Position numbers and translations under genes: made by a program
Shown: piece after piece, positions 47,965 through 59,760 of the stretch
Layout: every line of letters starts with the position of its first letter
Numbering within the stretch: position 1 is the first letter of the stretch
Assembly: GCF_044704955.1 (NCBI RefSeq)
Contig: NW_027254627.1
Location: forward strand, 1-64,000
DNA length: 64,000 nt
Reading direction: 5' to 3'
Source of the DNA: Pristiophorus japonicus
Taxonomy: Eukaryota
The notes under the pieces: model-generated
Databases searched by the model: none
What the model was told of the DNA's origin: nothing
What the model saw: only the letters and a program-made list of their open reading frames with translations

Positions 47965-49192
47965 ATGCTGAGGACGCAGTGGGAGAAGATCACAGGAGGT
48001 GAATGCAAGGAATGTGGGCCACGTACCTGGATGCCATTGAAACAAGTTCAATTATCTGACAAGAGTTGTCAAGGTACGATCGATCTTCAAATGGTTTCTC
48101 ATAACAGCTGCTCCGCTAGCCTCATCACTGCTGAATTAACACCACCCCCATTCCCCACCGCCTATAATCTCTATTAATCAGGACTGAACACTTCAATCAA
48201 CATGCTAGATACCATCCTCTCACACTCTGTACTGTAGAAAACCTCACACCAACAATTCGCTTCTCACACACTGTCAGCTATTCAGTCAGTGACATCACCA
48301 GACACAATGCACAACACTCACCAATACACTTCCCTCATTCTTACGGAAGAAGGTGACACGTAACAGGAGGCAGCAGCAAGAAACTGGAGCAGACAGTCTT
48401 TGCAATAATGGCAATGGGAAGGGGCATCGCTGAGGCCGTGGTCACTGGTGACACTGGAGGGATCGATGATCATGGGTTCGACCAATCTAATCTTCCTCTC
48501 CTCACTCCCCCCTCACCCCACACACACTGAATGAGAGGTTACAGATGGTGTCAGCACACACTTCTTTCTCTCTCCTCTCACCACAGCATTAACCTTTGTC
48601 CCTTTTTAATTTAAGCTCCCAAGAAGTGGAAGCTCCTCAGCCAGAGGCGGAGGAAGAAGAGAATGATGATGCAGATGCACCGTGCCTTGATTTCACTCTG
48701 CCAGCTCAGAGACTGACCTCTGTGGATTTCAGAGGCTCGGATAGAGGAGGGATCTGCACATGGTCACTGGGGAAATGTGCGAAGGAGCCAGGGCTGGAGG
48801 GGGGGAAAGGACACCACAGGTGGTGCTCACTGGAGGGTAAGGTCGTACACTAGAGGACTCAGATGGGTACGTCAATGGGCCAGGCTACAGAGGAAGGCTG
48901 ATGGGCGAGCACAACAAAATGCTTGTTGCACTGTGAGGCCTGAGCACAATGTCAAGGAGCATGGAGGAGTTGGTGCAGTGCTTTACACAGAGCTTGGAGC
49001 CCATCCTTTCCAACATGGGAAAGGGGGTCAGCCTGATCAGCACAGCTGTAGAATGCACCATTGTGGAGCATCTGAAGACCAATCTGGCAGCTTCTATCAC
49101 AGCACAAACTGCTTCCTTGGAGGCTGAGACTGCTGCCATCGTGGCTCTGGGTGCCAATGTTAAAAGGGCCTTCACAGGTGCATTATCAAACA
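47965..49192 (+). pseudogene. Decayed Myb/SANT-like (Harbinger accessory gene-like) remnant
   Basis: Frameshift-corrected reading QWEKI..EVNAR..GPRTWM...NKFN.LTRVVK|gt, followed by basic and acidic (EAEEEENDD) exon-like segments. Confidence 0.45.
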
Positions 49193-49577
49193 TCATGGGC
49201 CACCCCAACCTGTGTCGCACCGCAGGTCGGGACTATAAATAGAGCTGGAGCACTGGGCCCTGGAACATCCTGGGCGAATGTGCGGCGAATACAGGGGCCC
49301 AGATGAGCCGAGGGCCCAGGGGCAGCATGGTCCAGCCCACAATGCGATGTGTGTGTGCACTAGGTCAGTGTAACAGAGCAGATCTCCACTCGTCCTGGTT
49401 AACCCTTGCCACTGGATAAAGGCCGTGTGGTGGCTGATGTGCAACGGGTCACCACACGTTAAAAAAATCCACGCACAGGCATCTTCCACCACCTCAATTG
49501 GAGTTCAGGACTGGAACATCGGGTCCTTCATTGAAACATCTGTGAAGTCTTGTGGAAGCAAGTCATCCTCGTTCGAG
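49193..49577 (+). mobile_element. Short non-autonomous RTE-like retroposon
   Basis: Ends ...GGAAGCAAGTCATCCTCGTTCGAGG, resembling RTE-clade 3' ends; sits exactly between the two duplicated copies; no ORF. Confidence 0.55.
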
Positions 49578-49972
49578 GTCACTGGGGAAATGTGCTAAGG
49601 AGCCAGGGATGGGGGAGGGAGGGGTGCTCACTGGAGGGTAAGGTCGTACACTAGTTCTGCTGTAGAGGACTCAGATGGGTACGTCGATGGGCCAGGCTAC
49701 AGAGGAAGGCTGATGGGCGAGCACAACAAAATGCTTGTTGCACTGTGAGGCCTGAGCACAATGTCAAGAGCATGTAGGAGTTGGTGCAGTGCTTTACACA
49801 GAGCTTGGAGCCCATCCTTTCCAACATGGGAAAGGAGGTCAGCCTGATCAGCACAGCTGTAGAATGCACCATTGCGGGGCATCTGAAGACCAATCTGGCA
49901 GCTTCTATCACAGCACAAACTGCTTCCTTGGAGGCTGAGACTGCTGCCATCGTGGCTCTGGGTGCAACTATT

Positions 49973-52900
49973 AAAACATAGAAAATAGAAACATAGAAAA
50001 TACATGCAGGAGTAAGCCATTCAGCCCTTCGAGCCTGCAGCACCATTCAATAAGATCATGGCTGATCATTCACCTTAGTACCCCTTTCCTGCTTTCTCTC
50101 CATACCCCTTGATCCCTTTAGCCATAAGGGAAATATCAACAACTCTCTGCAGAAGAGAATTCCACAGGTTAACAACTCTCTGAGTGAAGAAGATTCTCCT
50201 CATCTTGGTCCTGAATGGCTTACCCCTTATCCTTAGACTGTGTCCCCTGGTTCTGGACTCCCCCAACATCGGGAACATTATTCCTGCATCTAACCTGTCC
50301 AGTCCCGTCAGAATTTTCTATGTTTCTATTGTGTTCCTAACACAGATGAGACTGCACACAGGGAGGTTAAAGTAACAGTGACCTCAGTTTTTAATATGAC
50401 ACTCCAGAGTGAGTAACTGGCCTTAGGGGCCGGCTTATATACAGTGCTCCCAAGGGATGCTGGGATCCCTTGGGACTTCAGGGGATGCGCTCCCTGGTGG
50501 CGGAACATGGGAGTGCATGCTTTACAGATACACAACATCACTCCCCGCCCCAAAGTCAAAGTGAAAACTATTTATAAGGTGAGGCAGTCGGGAACCTTTC
50601 TTTCCCTGGTAGACCGCCTCGGTACAAATGTCTGTTCTGGTGTGTTGGCTGTGCCCTCGCTGGGCTGGCGTGTTGTTGGCCCTGCAGGGCTGCTGGGTGA
50701 GCCCGGCCTTGCTGGGCTGTTGGGCGTGATGGGTTCAATTTCCTGGTCCAGCGTGGTGTCGTTGATCCTTTGGGTGTGTGTTGTGGGCTCGAAAAAGGTG
50801 GTGTCTGCTGTGGGTTGTTCAGGGCAGTCTGTGAACCGCAGCCTCGTTTGGTCCAGGTGCTTTCTGCAAATTTGTCCATTGTCTAGTTTGACTACAAACA
50901 CCCTATTCCCTTCTTTAGCTATCACCGTGCCAGTGATCCACTTGGGACTATGTCCATAGTTTAGCACATACACAGAGTCATTCAGATCAATTTCCCATGA
51001 CACAGTGGCGCGACCATCGTTTACATTTTGTTCTGCTGCCTGCTTGCTACCTGATTATGCAGGTTGGGGTGAACCAGCGAGAGTCTGGTTTTAAGTGTCC
51101 TTTTCATAGTAGCTCAGCCGGGGGCACCCCTGTGAGCGAGTGGGGTCTCATGCGGTAGCTGAGCAGTACTCGGGACAGGCGGGTTTGGAGTGAGCCTTCT
51201 GTGACTCGTTTAAGGCTCTGTTTGATTGTTTGTACTGCCCGCTCTGCCTGCCCATTGGAGGCTGGTTTAAATGGGGCCGAGGTGACATGTTTGATCCCAT
51301 TGCGGGTCATGAATTCTTTAAATTCGGCACTGGTGAAACATGGCCCGTTGTCACTGACCAGTATGTCACGCAGGCCGTGGGTGGCAAACATGGCCCTCAG
51401 GCTTTCAATGGTGGTGGTGGCGGTGCTTCCCGACATTATTTCATATTCAATCCATTTTGAAAAAGCATCCACCACCACCAGGAACATTTTACCGAGAAAC
51501 GGGCCCGCACAGTCGACATGAATCCTCGACCATGGTCTGGAGGGCCAGGACCACAAACTTAGTGGTGCCCCTCTGGGCGCGTTGCTCAACTGAGCACACA
51601 CGCTGCATTGCTGTACACAGGACTCTAAGTCAGAGTCGATACCGGGCCACCACATGTGGGATCTGGCTATCGCTTTCATCATTACTATCCCCAGGTGTGT
51701 GCTGTGGAGATCCGAGATGAACGTCTCCCTGCCCTTTTTTGGTAGCACTACGCGGTTACCCCACAACAGGCAGTCTGCCTGAATGGACAGCTCGTCCTTT
51801 CGCCGCTGGAACGGCTTGATTGGCTCTTGCATTTCAAAGAGGATGCTGGCCCAGCTCCCATGCAGTGCACAGTTTTTTACTTGGGACAGCAGAGAATCTT
51901 GGCTGGTCCAAGTCCTAATCTGGCGGGCTGTGACGTAGACAATGGACAAATTTGCAGAAAGCACCTGGACCAAACGAGGCTGCGGTTCACAGACTGCCCT
52001 GAACAACCCACAGCAGACACCACCTTTTTCGAGCCCACAACACACACCCAAAGGATCTACGACACCAAGCCAGATCAGGAAATCGAACCCATCACGCTCA
52101 ACAGCCCAGGCTCACCCAGCAGCCCTGCAGGGCCAACAACACGCCAGCCCAGCGAGGGCACAGCCAACATACCAGAACAGACATTTGTACCGAGGCGGTC
52201 CACCAGGGAAAGAAAGGCTCCTGACCGCCTCACCTTATAAATAGTTTTCACTTTGACTTTGGGGCAGGGAGTGATGTTGTGTATCTGTAAAGCATGCACT
52301 CCCATGTTTTCAGCATCTGCCTCCTCTCTCTGAGGCTCGAAATTGCTTTGATCCACCATGAACAGATCTTCCTCTGCCACGTGGTGTTTAGCAGGTTTTG
52401 CAGAGCTTGCAGCTCGTTTACAAGCTCATTGGAGGTGCTCCATTGTTCCACAGCTCTTGCAAACATACCCTTTGAAGCAGCATGAATAGGCTGAATTCAA
52501 GCCTCCACAATACCAACAAGGTGTGAATTGCCTTGCATTCATCCTTTGTTGGGGACTCTGACTCATCTGGGTCACCTGAGGCCTGCTGGCAGTTGCAGAC
52601 TCGTGGGTTCCTCCCTGTACATTTCTGCTCGCAAACACAGTTCCAGTTAATTTATGAACATTGCTAGCGCTTGTGTGCTGAGAGATTTGTTTGGTGTTAT
52701 CACTGGTGGACATAAACATCTGTGCTATCGCAATGGTCTTACTGAGGGTCGGTGTCTCTACAGTCAAAAGTTTTCGTAGGATGGTCTCGTGGCCAATGCC
52801 CAGTACAAAAAAGTCTCTGAGCATCTGCTCCAGGTAGCCATCAAACTCACATTGTCCTGCAAGTCGCCTTAGCTCAGCGACGTAGCTCGCCACTTCCTGA

Positions 52901-55406
52901 CCTTCAGATCACTGGCACGTGTAGAACCGATACCTCGCCATCAGCACGCTCTCCCTCGGGTTAAAATGCTCCCGAACCAGTGTACACAGCTCCTCATATG
53001 ACTTATCTGTGGGTTTCACCGGAGCCAGAAGATTCTTCATGAAGCTGTAGGTCGGTGCCCCGCAGACCGTGAGGAGGACCGCTCTCCTTTTTGCAGCGCT
53101 TCCTTCTCCGTCCCGCTCGTTGGCTATAAAGAACTGGTCTAGCCGTTCGACATGGGCTTCCCAGTCCTCACCCTCCGAGAACTTCTCCAGGATGCCCACA
53201 GTTTTCTGCATCTTTGCGTTGGATTCGTATACTTGTCGCCAGTTATTGTGTTCCTAACACAGATGAGACTGCACACAGGGAAGTTAAAGTAACAGTGACC
53301 TCAGTCTTTAATAAGACATTCCAGAGTGAGTAACAGGCCTTAGGGGCCGGCTTCTATACAGTGCTCCCAAGGAATGCTGGGATCCCTTGGGACTTTAGGG
53401 GATGAGCTCCCTGGTGGTGGAACATGGGAGTGCATGCTTTACAGATACACAACAGTTTCCATGAGATCCCCTCTCATTCCTCTAAACCCCAGTGAATATG
53501 GGCCCAGTTGATCCAGTCTCTCCTCATATGTCAGTCCTGCCATCCTGGGAATCAGTCTGATGAACCTTCGCTGCACTCCCTCAATAGCAAGAACGTCCTT
53601 CCTCAGATTAGGTGACCAAAACTGAACACAATATTCCAGGTGAGGCCTCACCAAGGCCCTGTACAGCTGCAGCAAGACCTCCCTGCTCATATACTCAAAT
53701 CCTCTAGCTATGAAGGCCAACATGCCATTTGCCTTCTTCACCACCTGCTGCACCTGCATGCCAACTTTCAATGACTGATGTACCATGACCCCCAGGTCTT
53801 GTTGCACCTCCACTTTTCCTAATCTGCCGCCATTCAGATAATATTCTGTCTTCATGTTTTTGCCACCAAAATTGTTAACCTCACATTTATCCACATTATA
53901 CTGCATCTGCCAAGCATTTTGCCCACTCACCTAACCTGTCTAAGTCACCCTGCAGCCTCTTAGCATCCTCCTCACAGCTCACACCGTCACCCAGCTTAGT
54001 GTCGTCTGCAAACTTGGAGATATTACTCTCAATTCCTTCATCTAAATCATTGATGTATATTGTAAATAACTGGGGTCCCAGCACTGAGCCCTGCGGCACT
54101 CCACTAGTCACTGCCTGCCATTCTGAAAAGGACCCATTTATCCCGACTCTCTGCTTCCTGTCTGCCAAACAGTTCTCTATTCACATCAGTACATTATTCC
54201 CAATACCATGTGCTTTAATTTTGCACACCAATCTCTTGTGTGGGACCTTGTCAAAAGACTTTTGAAAGTGCAAATACACCACATCCACTGGTTCTCCCTT
54301 GTCCACTCTACTAGTTACTCTCCTCAAAAAATTCTAGAAGATTTGTCAAGCATGATTTCCCTTTCATTATTCCATGCTGACTTGGACAGATCCTGTCACT
54401 GCTTTCCAAGTGCGCTGCTACTGCATCTTTAATAATTGATTCTAACATTGTCCCCACTACTGATGTCAGGCTAACCGGTCTATAATTCCCCATTTTCTCT
54501 CTCACTCCTTTTTTAAAAAGTGGTGTTACATTAGCTACTCTCCAGTCCATAGGAACTGATCCAGAGTCGAAAGACTGTTGGAAAATGATCACCAATGCAT
54601 CCACTATTTCTAGGGCCACTTCCTTAATACTCTGGGATGCAGACTATCAGGCCCTGGGGATTTATTGGCCTTCAATCCCATCAATTTCCCTAACACAATT
54701 GCCTGACTAATAAGGATTTCCTTCAGTTCCTCCTTCTCACTAGACCCTCGGTCCCCTCGTATTTCCGGAACGTTATTTGTGTCTTCCTTCGTGAAGACAG
54801 AACCAAAGTATTCATTCAGTTGGTCTGCCATTTCTTTGTTCCCCATTATAAATTCACTTGGTTCTGACTGCAAGAGACCTACGTTTATCTTCACTAATCT
54901 TTTTCTCTTCACATATCTATCGAAGCTTTTGCTGTCAGTTTTTATGTTCCTAGCCAGTTTCCTCTCATACTCTATTTCCCCCCTCCTAATTAAAACCTTT
55001 CTCCTCCTCTGCTGAATTCTAAATTGCTCCCAGTCCTCAGGTTTGCTGCTTTTTCTGAACAGTTTATATGCCTCTTCCTTGTATTTAACACTATCCCTAA
55101 TTTTCCTTGTTAGCCACGGTTGAGCCACCTTCCCCGTTTTATTTTTACTCCAGACAGGGATATACAATTGTTGAAGTTCATCCATGTGATCTTTAAATGT
55201 TTGCCATTTCCTATTCACCATCAACCCTTTGTGTATTATTTACCAGTCTATTCAAGCCAATTCACGTTTCATACCATCGAAGTTACCTTTCCTTAAGTTC
55301 AGGACCTTAATCTCTGAATTAACTGTGTCACTCTCCATCTTAATGAATTCTACCATATTATGGTCACTCTTCCCCAAGGGGCCTCGCACAACAAGATTGC
55401 TAATTA
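49973..55406 (-). mobile_element. 5'-truncated CR1 LINE interrupted by Gypsy 50327-53454
   Basis: Tail at 49973-50000; ORFs 50075-50278, 53439-53930, 53896-54168, 54311-54619 and 54610-55224. Confidence 0.92.
50327..53454 (-). mobile_element. Internally deleted Gypsy element (gag plus IN only; PR-RT-RH replaced by an inverted copy of its own 3' end)
   Basis: 211-bp LTRs at 50327-50537 and 53244-53454; TSD GTTTC; PBS TGGCGACAAG; gag 52426-53211; IN 50572-51935; inverted copy 51936-52308. Confidence 0.93.
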
Positions 55407-55754
55407 GGCCTTCACAGGTGTATTATCAAACAAAAATATAACACCGAGCCATTATTAGAGATACAGTGTAGATACAGCACTGGTTAAATAAAGAGTAAAA
55501 CTCCTTCTCCATGTCCATCCCACACATCAATCACTCAGTGAATTAACAGCCGGAGAGTCCCAGACAGTGCCCACAGATGAGGCTGCTCTCCCTCAGAACA
55601 GCAACACAGGTGCCTTCACAGGAGGAAAGAACAGAGCAGAACCAGACTGTGGATGAGCCAACGCTAAATACACAGCCGGATGATGCAATTCTATCTCAGG
55701 ACTTTAGAGGGCAGCGAGGATTCAACACGTTGTTGCAGGACTAGAGTCAGGATC

Positions 55755-55941
55755 ACAGGTTTCTTTCCCTAAAGGACATTCCTGAGCCAGTTGGGTTTTT
55801 CTGACAATCCGACAGCTTCATGGTCACTTTTACTGATGCCAGCTTTTTATTTCCAGATTGAACTGAATTCAAATACTGGGATTTGAACTCACGCTCTCTT
55901 CATTATTGGCCCAGTAACATAACCACTGCACCACCGTACCC
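55755..55941 (-). mobile_element. tRNA-derived SINE fragment homologous to the 5' end of the LINE at 47460-47960
   Basis: A-box-like GGTGGTGCAGTGG and B-box GAGTTCAAATCC; shared blocks AAAGGACATT, TGGGTTTTT.TGACAATC and AGCTTTTTATT. Confidence 0.65.
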
Positions 55942-57632
55942 AAACCTCTGAGTTTACCAGCGTAGAGTATTGGGAAGCAGCCCACCATTTGATCAACTGG
56001 GACCAGCCAACATGTTGGGGCGAGAGTTAGCAACTTAATCCAGAGCCGAGTGGGATAAATCCCAGCTCCCGCTGCCAAGTCCTAACTCGGCTGACTGGTT
56101 AAATATCATCGGAGAGCTGTGAACCTACTGGATTAAGGAATTTGCTGCAGTGTTGACTCGGCTGCATTCTCTCGTCACCAGAAAGGTCATCTGGGAGCCA
56201 AAGCAGCTCTAAATAAAACCTGATTAGTTCCCGCGAAGGAAAATAGCCAGCAATGTAAGGTACACAATTACACTAATGGGGCGGTGTCTATTCTTGTTGG
56301 GTAAGTGTATCGCGGGATATGTAATAAAGGTGGGGAAATAGAGTTGAGGTAATGTAAACCATGATTTGATTGAATGGCGGAGCAGGCTCGGGGGCTGAAT
56401 GGCCTCCTCCTGTCGCTTTGTTTCCACTGCTGCCAAGTTCATACCCGCTGAGATTACGTCGGTGAAATGTAAAGACCTCACACACTGGTGAATGGTTCTG
56501 CTCCCCAGCTTCCCCTTGGATAAGGTACTTTGGAATGCATGTTACACCAGGGATGTGCATTCTAGGAACAGGAGTAGGCCGTCCAGCCCCTTGAGTCTGT
56601 TCCGTTGTTCAATCAGATCGTGGTTGGTCCATACCTCAACTCTCTGTGTTCTTTCCAAGTTGGGAGTGGGGTGTGTAGCATTGCACACCCTCCTCCATCA
56701 CAGTATCCAGTGTGCTCCCAAATAAATGACGCTCATATAATCAGTCTCCCCTCGCGGCCAGCGTACTGATGGACAATATATTTCCAATATCCCTGATTTG
56801 TATTTGATGTTTCAGCTGAAAGAAGCTTCAGGCCATTTTTTTTTTCTTGAAGGTCTTCATCGGGGAAAATTAATCACAATTTTAGGGTTTATTCAACGAT
56901 TGAAGGTCTTACCTCACCAACCAGCGCACAAAGCTGAGCTTCTCTTCACAAGCCAACACTTTAGTGTGGAATCAGTGTTTCTATATTATTCACACGATAT
57001 TGTATTGTGCACATAACGGTTTAATAAACTGTTATAATTTAAACCTTTTGTAAGCAGTATCTGACCCTTTGTCTCACACCAACCACTGGATCTCCAGTAA
57101 AATATTGCAGCCATCGTGATGGCTTACTGCGTCGATGCTTGACACAAGTCAATGAATCAGATGTTAACACAAAGAAAGACCAGAATCAGTTCCTGCCCTT
57201 GTAGCACACTCTCAGCACATTGTTCATTCCCCAGGTACAAGAAAATAACTCACAACAATACAACGCAAGGATGGTGTTTAGAGTGATCCCCTTCTGACTA
57301 CATGGCGGGCGGAACCAGTTACAAACAGCCGTGCTGTTTACACACTTCAATCGTTGGTTAACAATTCATAAATAAACAATCCACGGATTACACTCTTTAC
57401 CACCTGGCAATTCCCTCAGATAATGCGTTGAACCTCGAGCTGGCCTGTCTGATTAGATTCACGATACACCAATCTAGAAAAGGATGGACACTGTTACTCA
57501 TTGGTTATCCTATAAAGCTTTAGGGGTTTTTATTTTTAACAGAAATTTAAATACATTTTGAATTCCATCTTAGAATTGGGCTCAGTCTGAACAGTTATAG
57601 TAAAGGTCACATACAAATTAAAGTGCCCCGAA

Positions 57633-57865
57633 TAGAAACATAGAAATCTACCGCGCAGAAGGAGGCCATTTCGGCCCATCGTGTCGCACCGGCCGACAAA
57701 GAGCCACACAGCCCCCAGTCAGCAGCCCTGAAGGTTACATATACACCTCTGAACAATGAACAATGGGGGAAAGGTAAAGAGCATCTGGCCTAACCAGTCC
57801 CCCCCACACAACTGCGACACCCCCTGCACCACAACATTCTACACTCCACCTCAACCGGAGCCATG
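57633..57865 (-). mobile_element. LINE 3' tail fragment (CR1 type)
   Basis: ATAGAAACATAGAAA tail and GGAGGCCATTTCGGCCC stem motif. Confidence 0.55.
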
Positions 57866-57969
57866 TTGGCCAAAGATTGCATCTTTGAAACCCAGCCTTA
57901 AGAAGACAGTCCAGCCCCTGCCAGTCTCCTGGCCTTTGCCAACAAGATTTCCAGTTTACTGTTGATTTT

Positions 57970-58091
57970 ATCTGGTGGATGTAAAAGATCTCATGGCCCT
58001 ATTCAAAGAAGAGCAGGGGAGTTATCCCAAACATCCTGGCTAATATTTATCCCACAACCAACGTCACTAAAACAGATTATCTGGTCATTAT
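57970..58091 (+). mobile_element. DeuSINE fragment
   Basis: GGTGGATGTAAAAGATCTCATGGCCCTATT...CCTGGCTAATATTTATCCC is homologous to the reverse complement of 4320-4395. Confidence 0.7.
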
Positions 58092-59760
58092 TGTTAAGTT
58101 CAGAATAACTCCACAAGACTGTGTTGTAAGCTCAAACCATTGTGACCTTGGTCTCTTTAATGTAACTCCAAAGTGAGGAAGCAGCATGGTGGATTGCCTT
58201 TTATACCTGCTTGCCCAGGGTGCACAGGTTTAGGTCTCCCACAGGTGTGCCCCCTGGTGGCAAGTCTTAGTCATTGGTGAGGTTATCAACATAACATTAG
58301 TCGTCCCCCCAAAGTCTTATGTACAAGTTATTTACAGGTTGAGGTGATCTGGCGCCCTGTGTTCCCGGGTTGATTGCCTGAGTTGAAGTCCTGGCATGGG
58401 TGAGTTGGTCTGATCGGACTGTCGGGCATGGTGGGTTCATCCTCATGGTTGACAGCGAGGTCGATTGCTGGTTGGATGTGTGTTGGTGGATCATAGATGG
58501 TAAAGTCTTCTTCAAACTGTTCTTGGTTGTCAGTGAATCGCAGTTTGGTCTGATCCAAGTGCTTTCTGCATGATTGCCCATTCAACAGTTTAACAACAAA
58601 CACTCTATTCCCCTCCTTGGCTAAAACAGTGCCAGCAATCCATTTGGGCCCATGACCGTAATTGAGAACAAACAGAGGATCATTAACCTCAATGTCACGT
58701 GATACAGCCGCATGATCGTGGTACGCGTTATGCCGGTGCTGCCGGGTTTCTATATGATCATCGAGATCCGGGTGGACTAAGGAGAGCCTGGTTTTGAGTG
58801 CTCTCTTCATTAACAATTCTGCAGGGGGAACCCCTGTGAGCGAGTGGGGGCGTGTGCGGTAGCTGAGCAGGACCCGAGATAACCAGGTCTGCAATGAGCA
58901 GTCCATTACGCATTTCAAGCTCTGCTTGGTGGTTTGGACTGCCCGTTCCGCTTGACCATTGGATGCGGGCTTAAACGGGGCAGACCTGACATGCTTAATG
59001 CCATTGCGGGTCATGAACCCGTTGAATTCTGAGCTGGTGAAACACAATCCATTGTTACTAACAAGGACGTCAGGCAAACCATGGGTGGCGAACATGGCCC
59101 GGAGACTTTCAATGGTGGCAGTGGACGTACATGATGACATTATTATACATTCAATCCATTTAGAGTAAGCGCCCACTGCGACTAAAAACATCTTTCCCAG
59201 AAAAGGGCCAGCAAAATCTACGAGGACCCTGGACCACGGTTTGGAGGGCCATGACGACAGGCTCAGTGGGGCCTCCCTGGGTGCATTGCTCAACCGTGAG
59301 CAAGTGTTGCAATGGTGTACGCATGACTCCAATTCGGAGTCAATGCCGGGACACCAAACGTGCGACATGGCAATAGCCTTCATCATGACTATGCTTGGGT
59401 GGGCACTGTGTGGGTCGTGTATAAATGTTTCCCTGCCTTTTCTTTGGCAAAACCACGCGATTACCCCATAGGAGACAATCCGATTGGATGGACAATTCAT
59501 CCTTATGTCGGCTTAATTTGTCTTGCATTTCCCTGGGAACAGTCGACCAGCTCCCCTTGAGGATGCAGCTTTTTACTAGTGATAGCACAGGGTCTTGGCT
59601 AGTCCTGATCTGGCAAGCCATGACGGGTGAGCCCTCACTCTCAAAAGCATCCATTACCAGAAGCAAATCTGCGGGTTGAGCTATTTCCACCCCGGTGGTG
59701 GGCAATGGTAGCTAACTGAGGGCGTCAGCGCAGTTCTCAGCGATTGGTCTGTGGCGGATT
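58092..59760 (-). mobile_element. Gypsy 3' LTR (58092-58296), PPT and integrase fragment
   Basis: TGTT...AACA LTR; ORFs 58328-59500 and 59340-59705 encode integrase. Confidence 0.88.

Larger units (their letters stand above)
48762..55432 (+). repeat. ~430-bp direct duplication: 48762-49192 and 49577-49967 + 55407-55432 (second copy split by a CR1)
   Basis: Both copies start GGTCACTGGGGAAATGTG and end GGCCTTCACAGGTG(C/T)ATTATCAAACA. ORFs 48949-49242 and 49781-49981 are near-identical. Confidence 0.9.

Noticed and set aside
56905-56990. Possible minus-strand exon ending at a strong donor (GAG|gtaaga at ~56912)
   Set aside because: All three frames contain stops. A non-coding exon cannot be supported from sequence alone.
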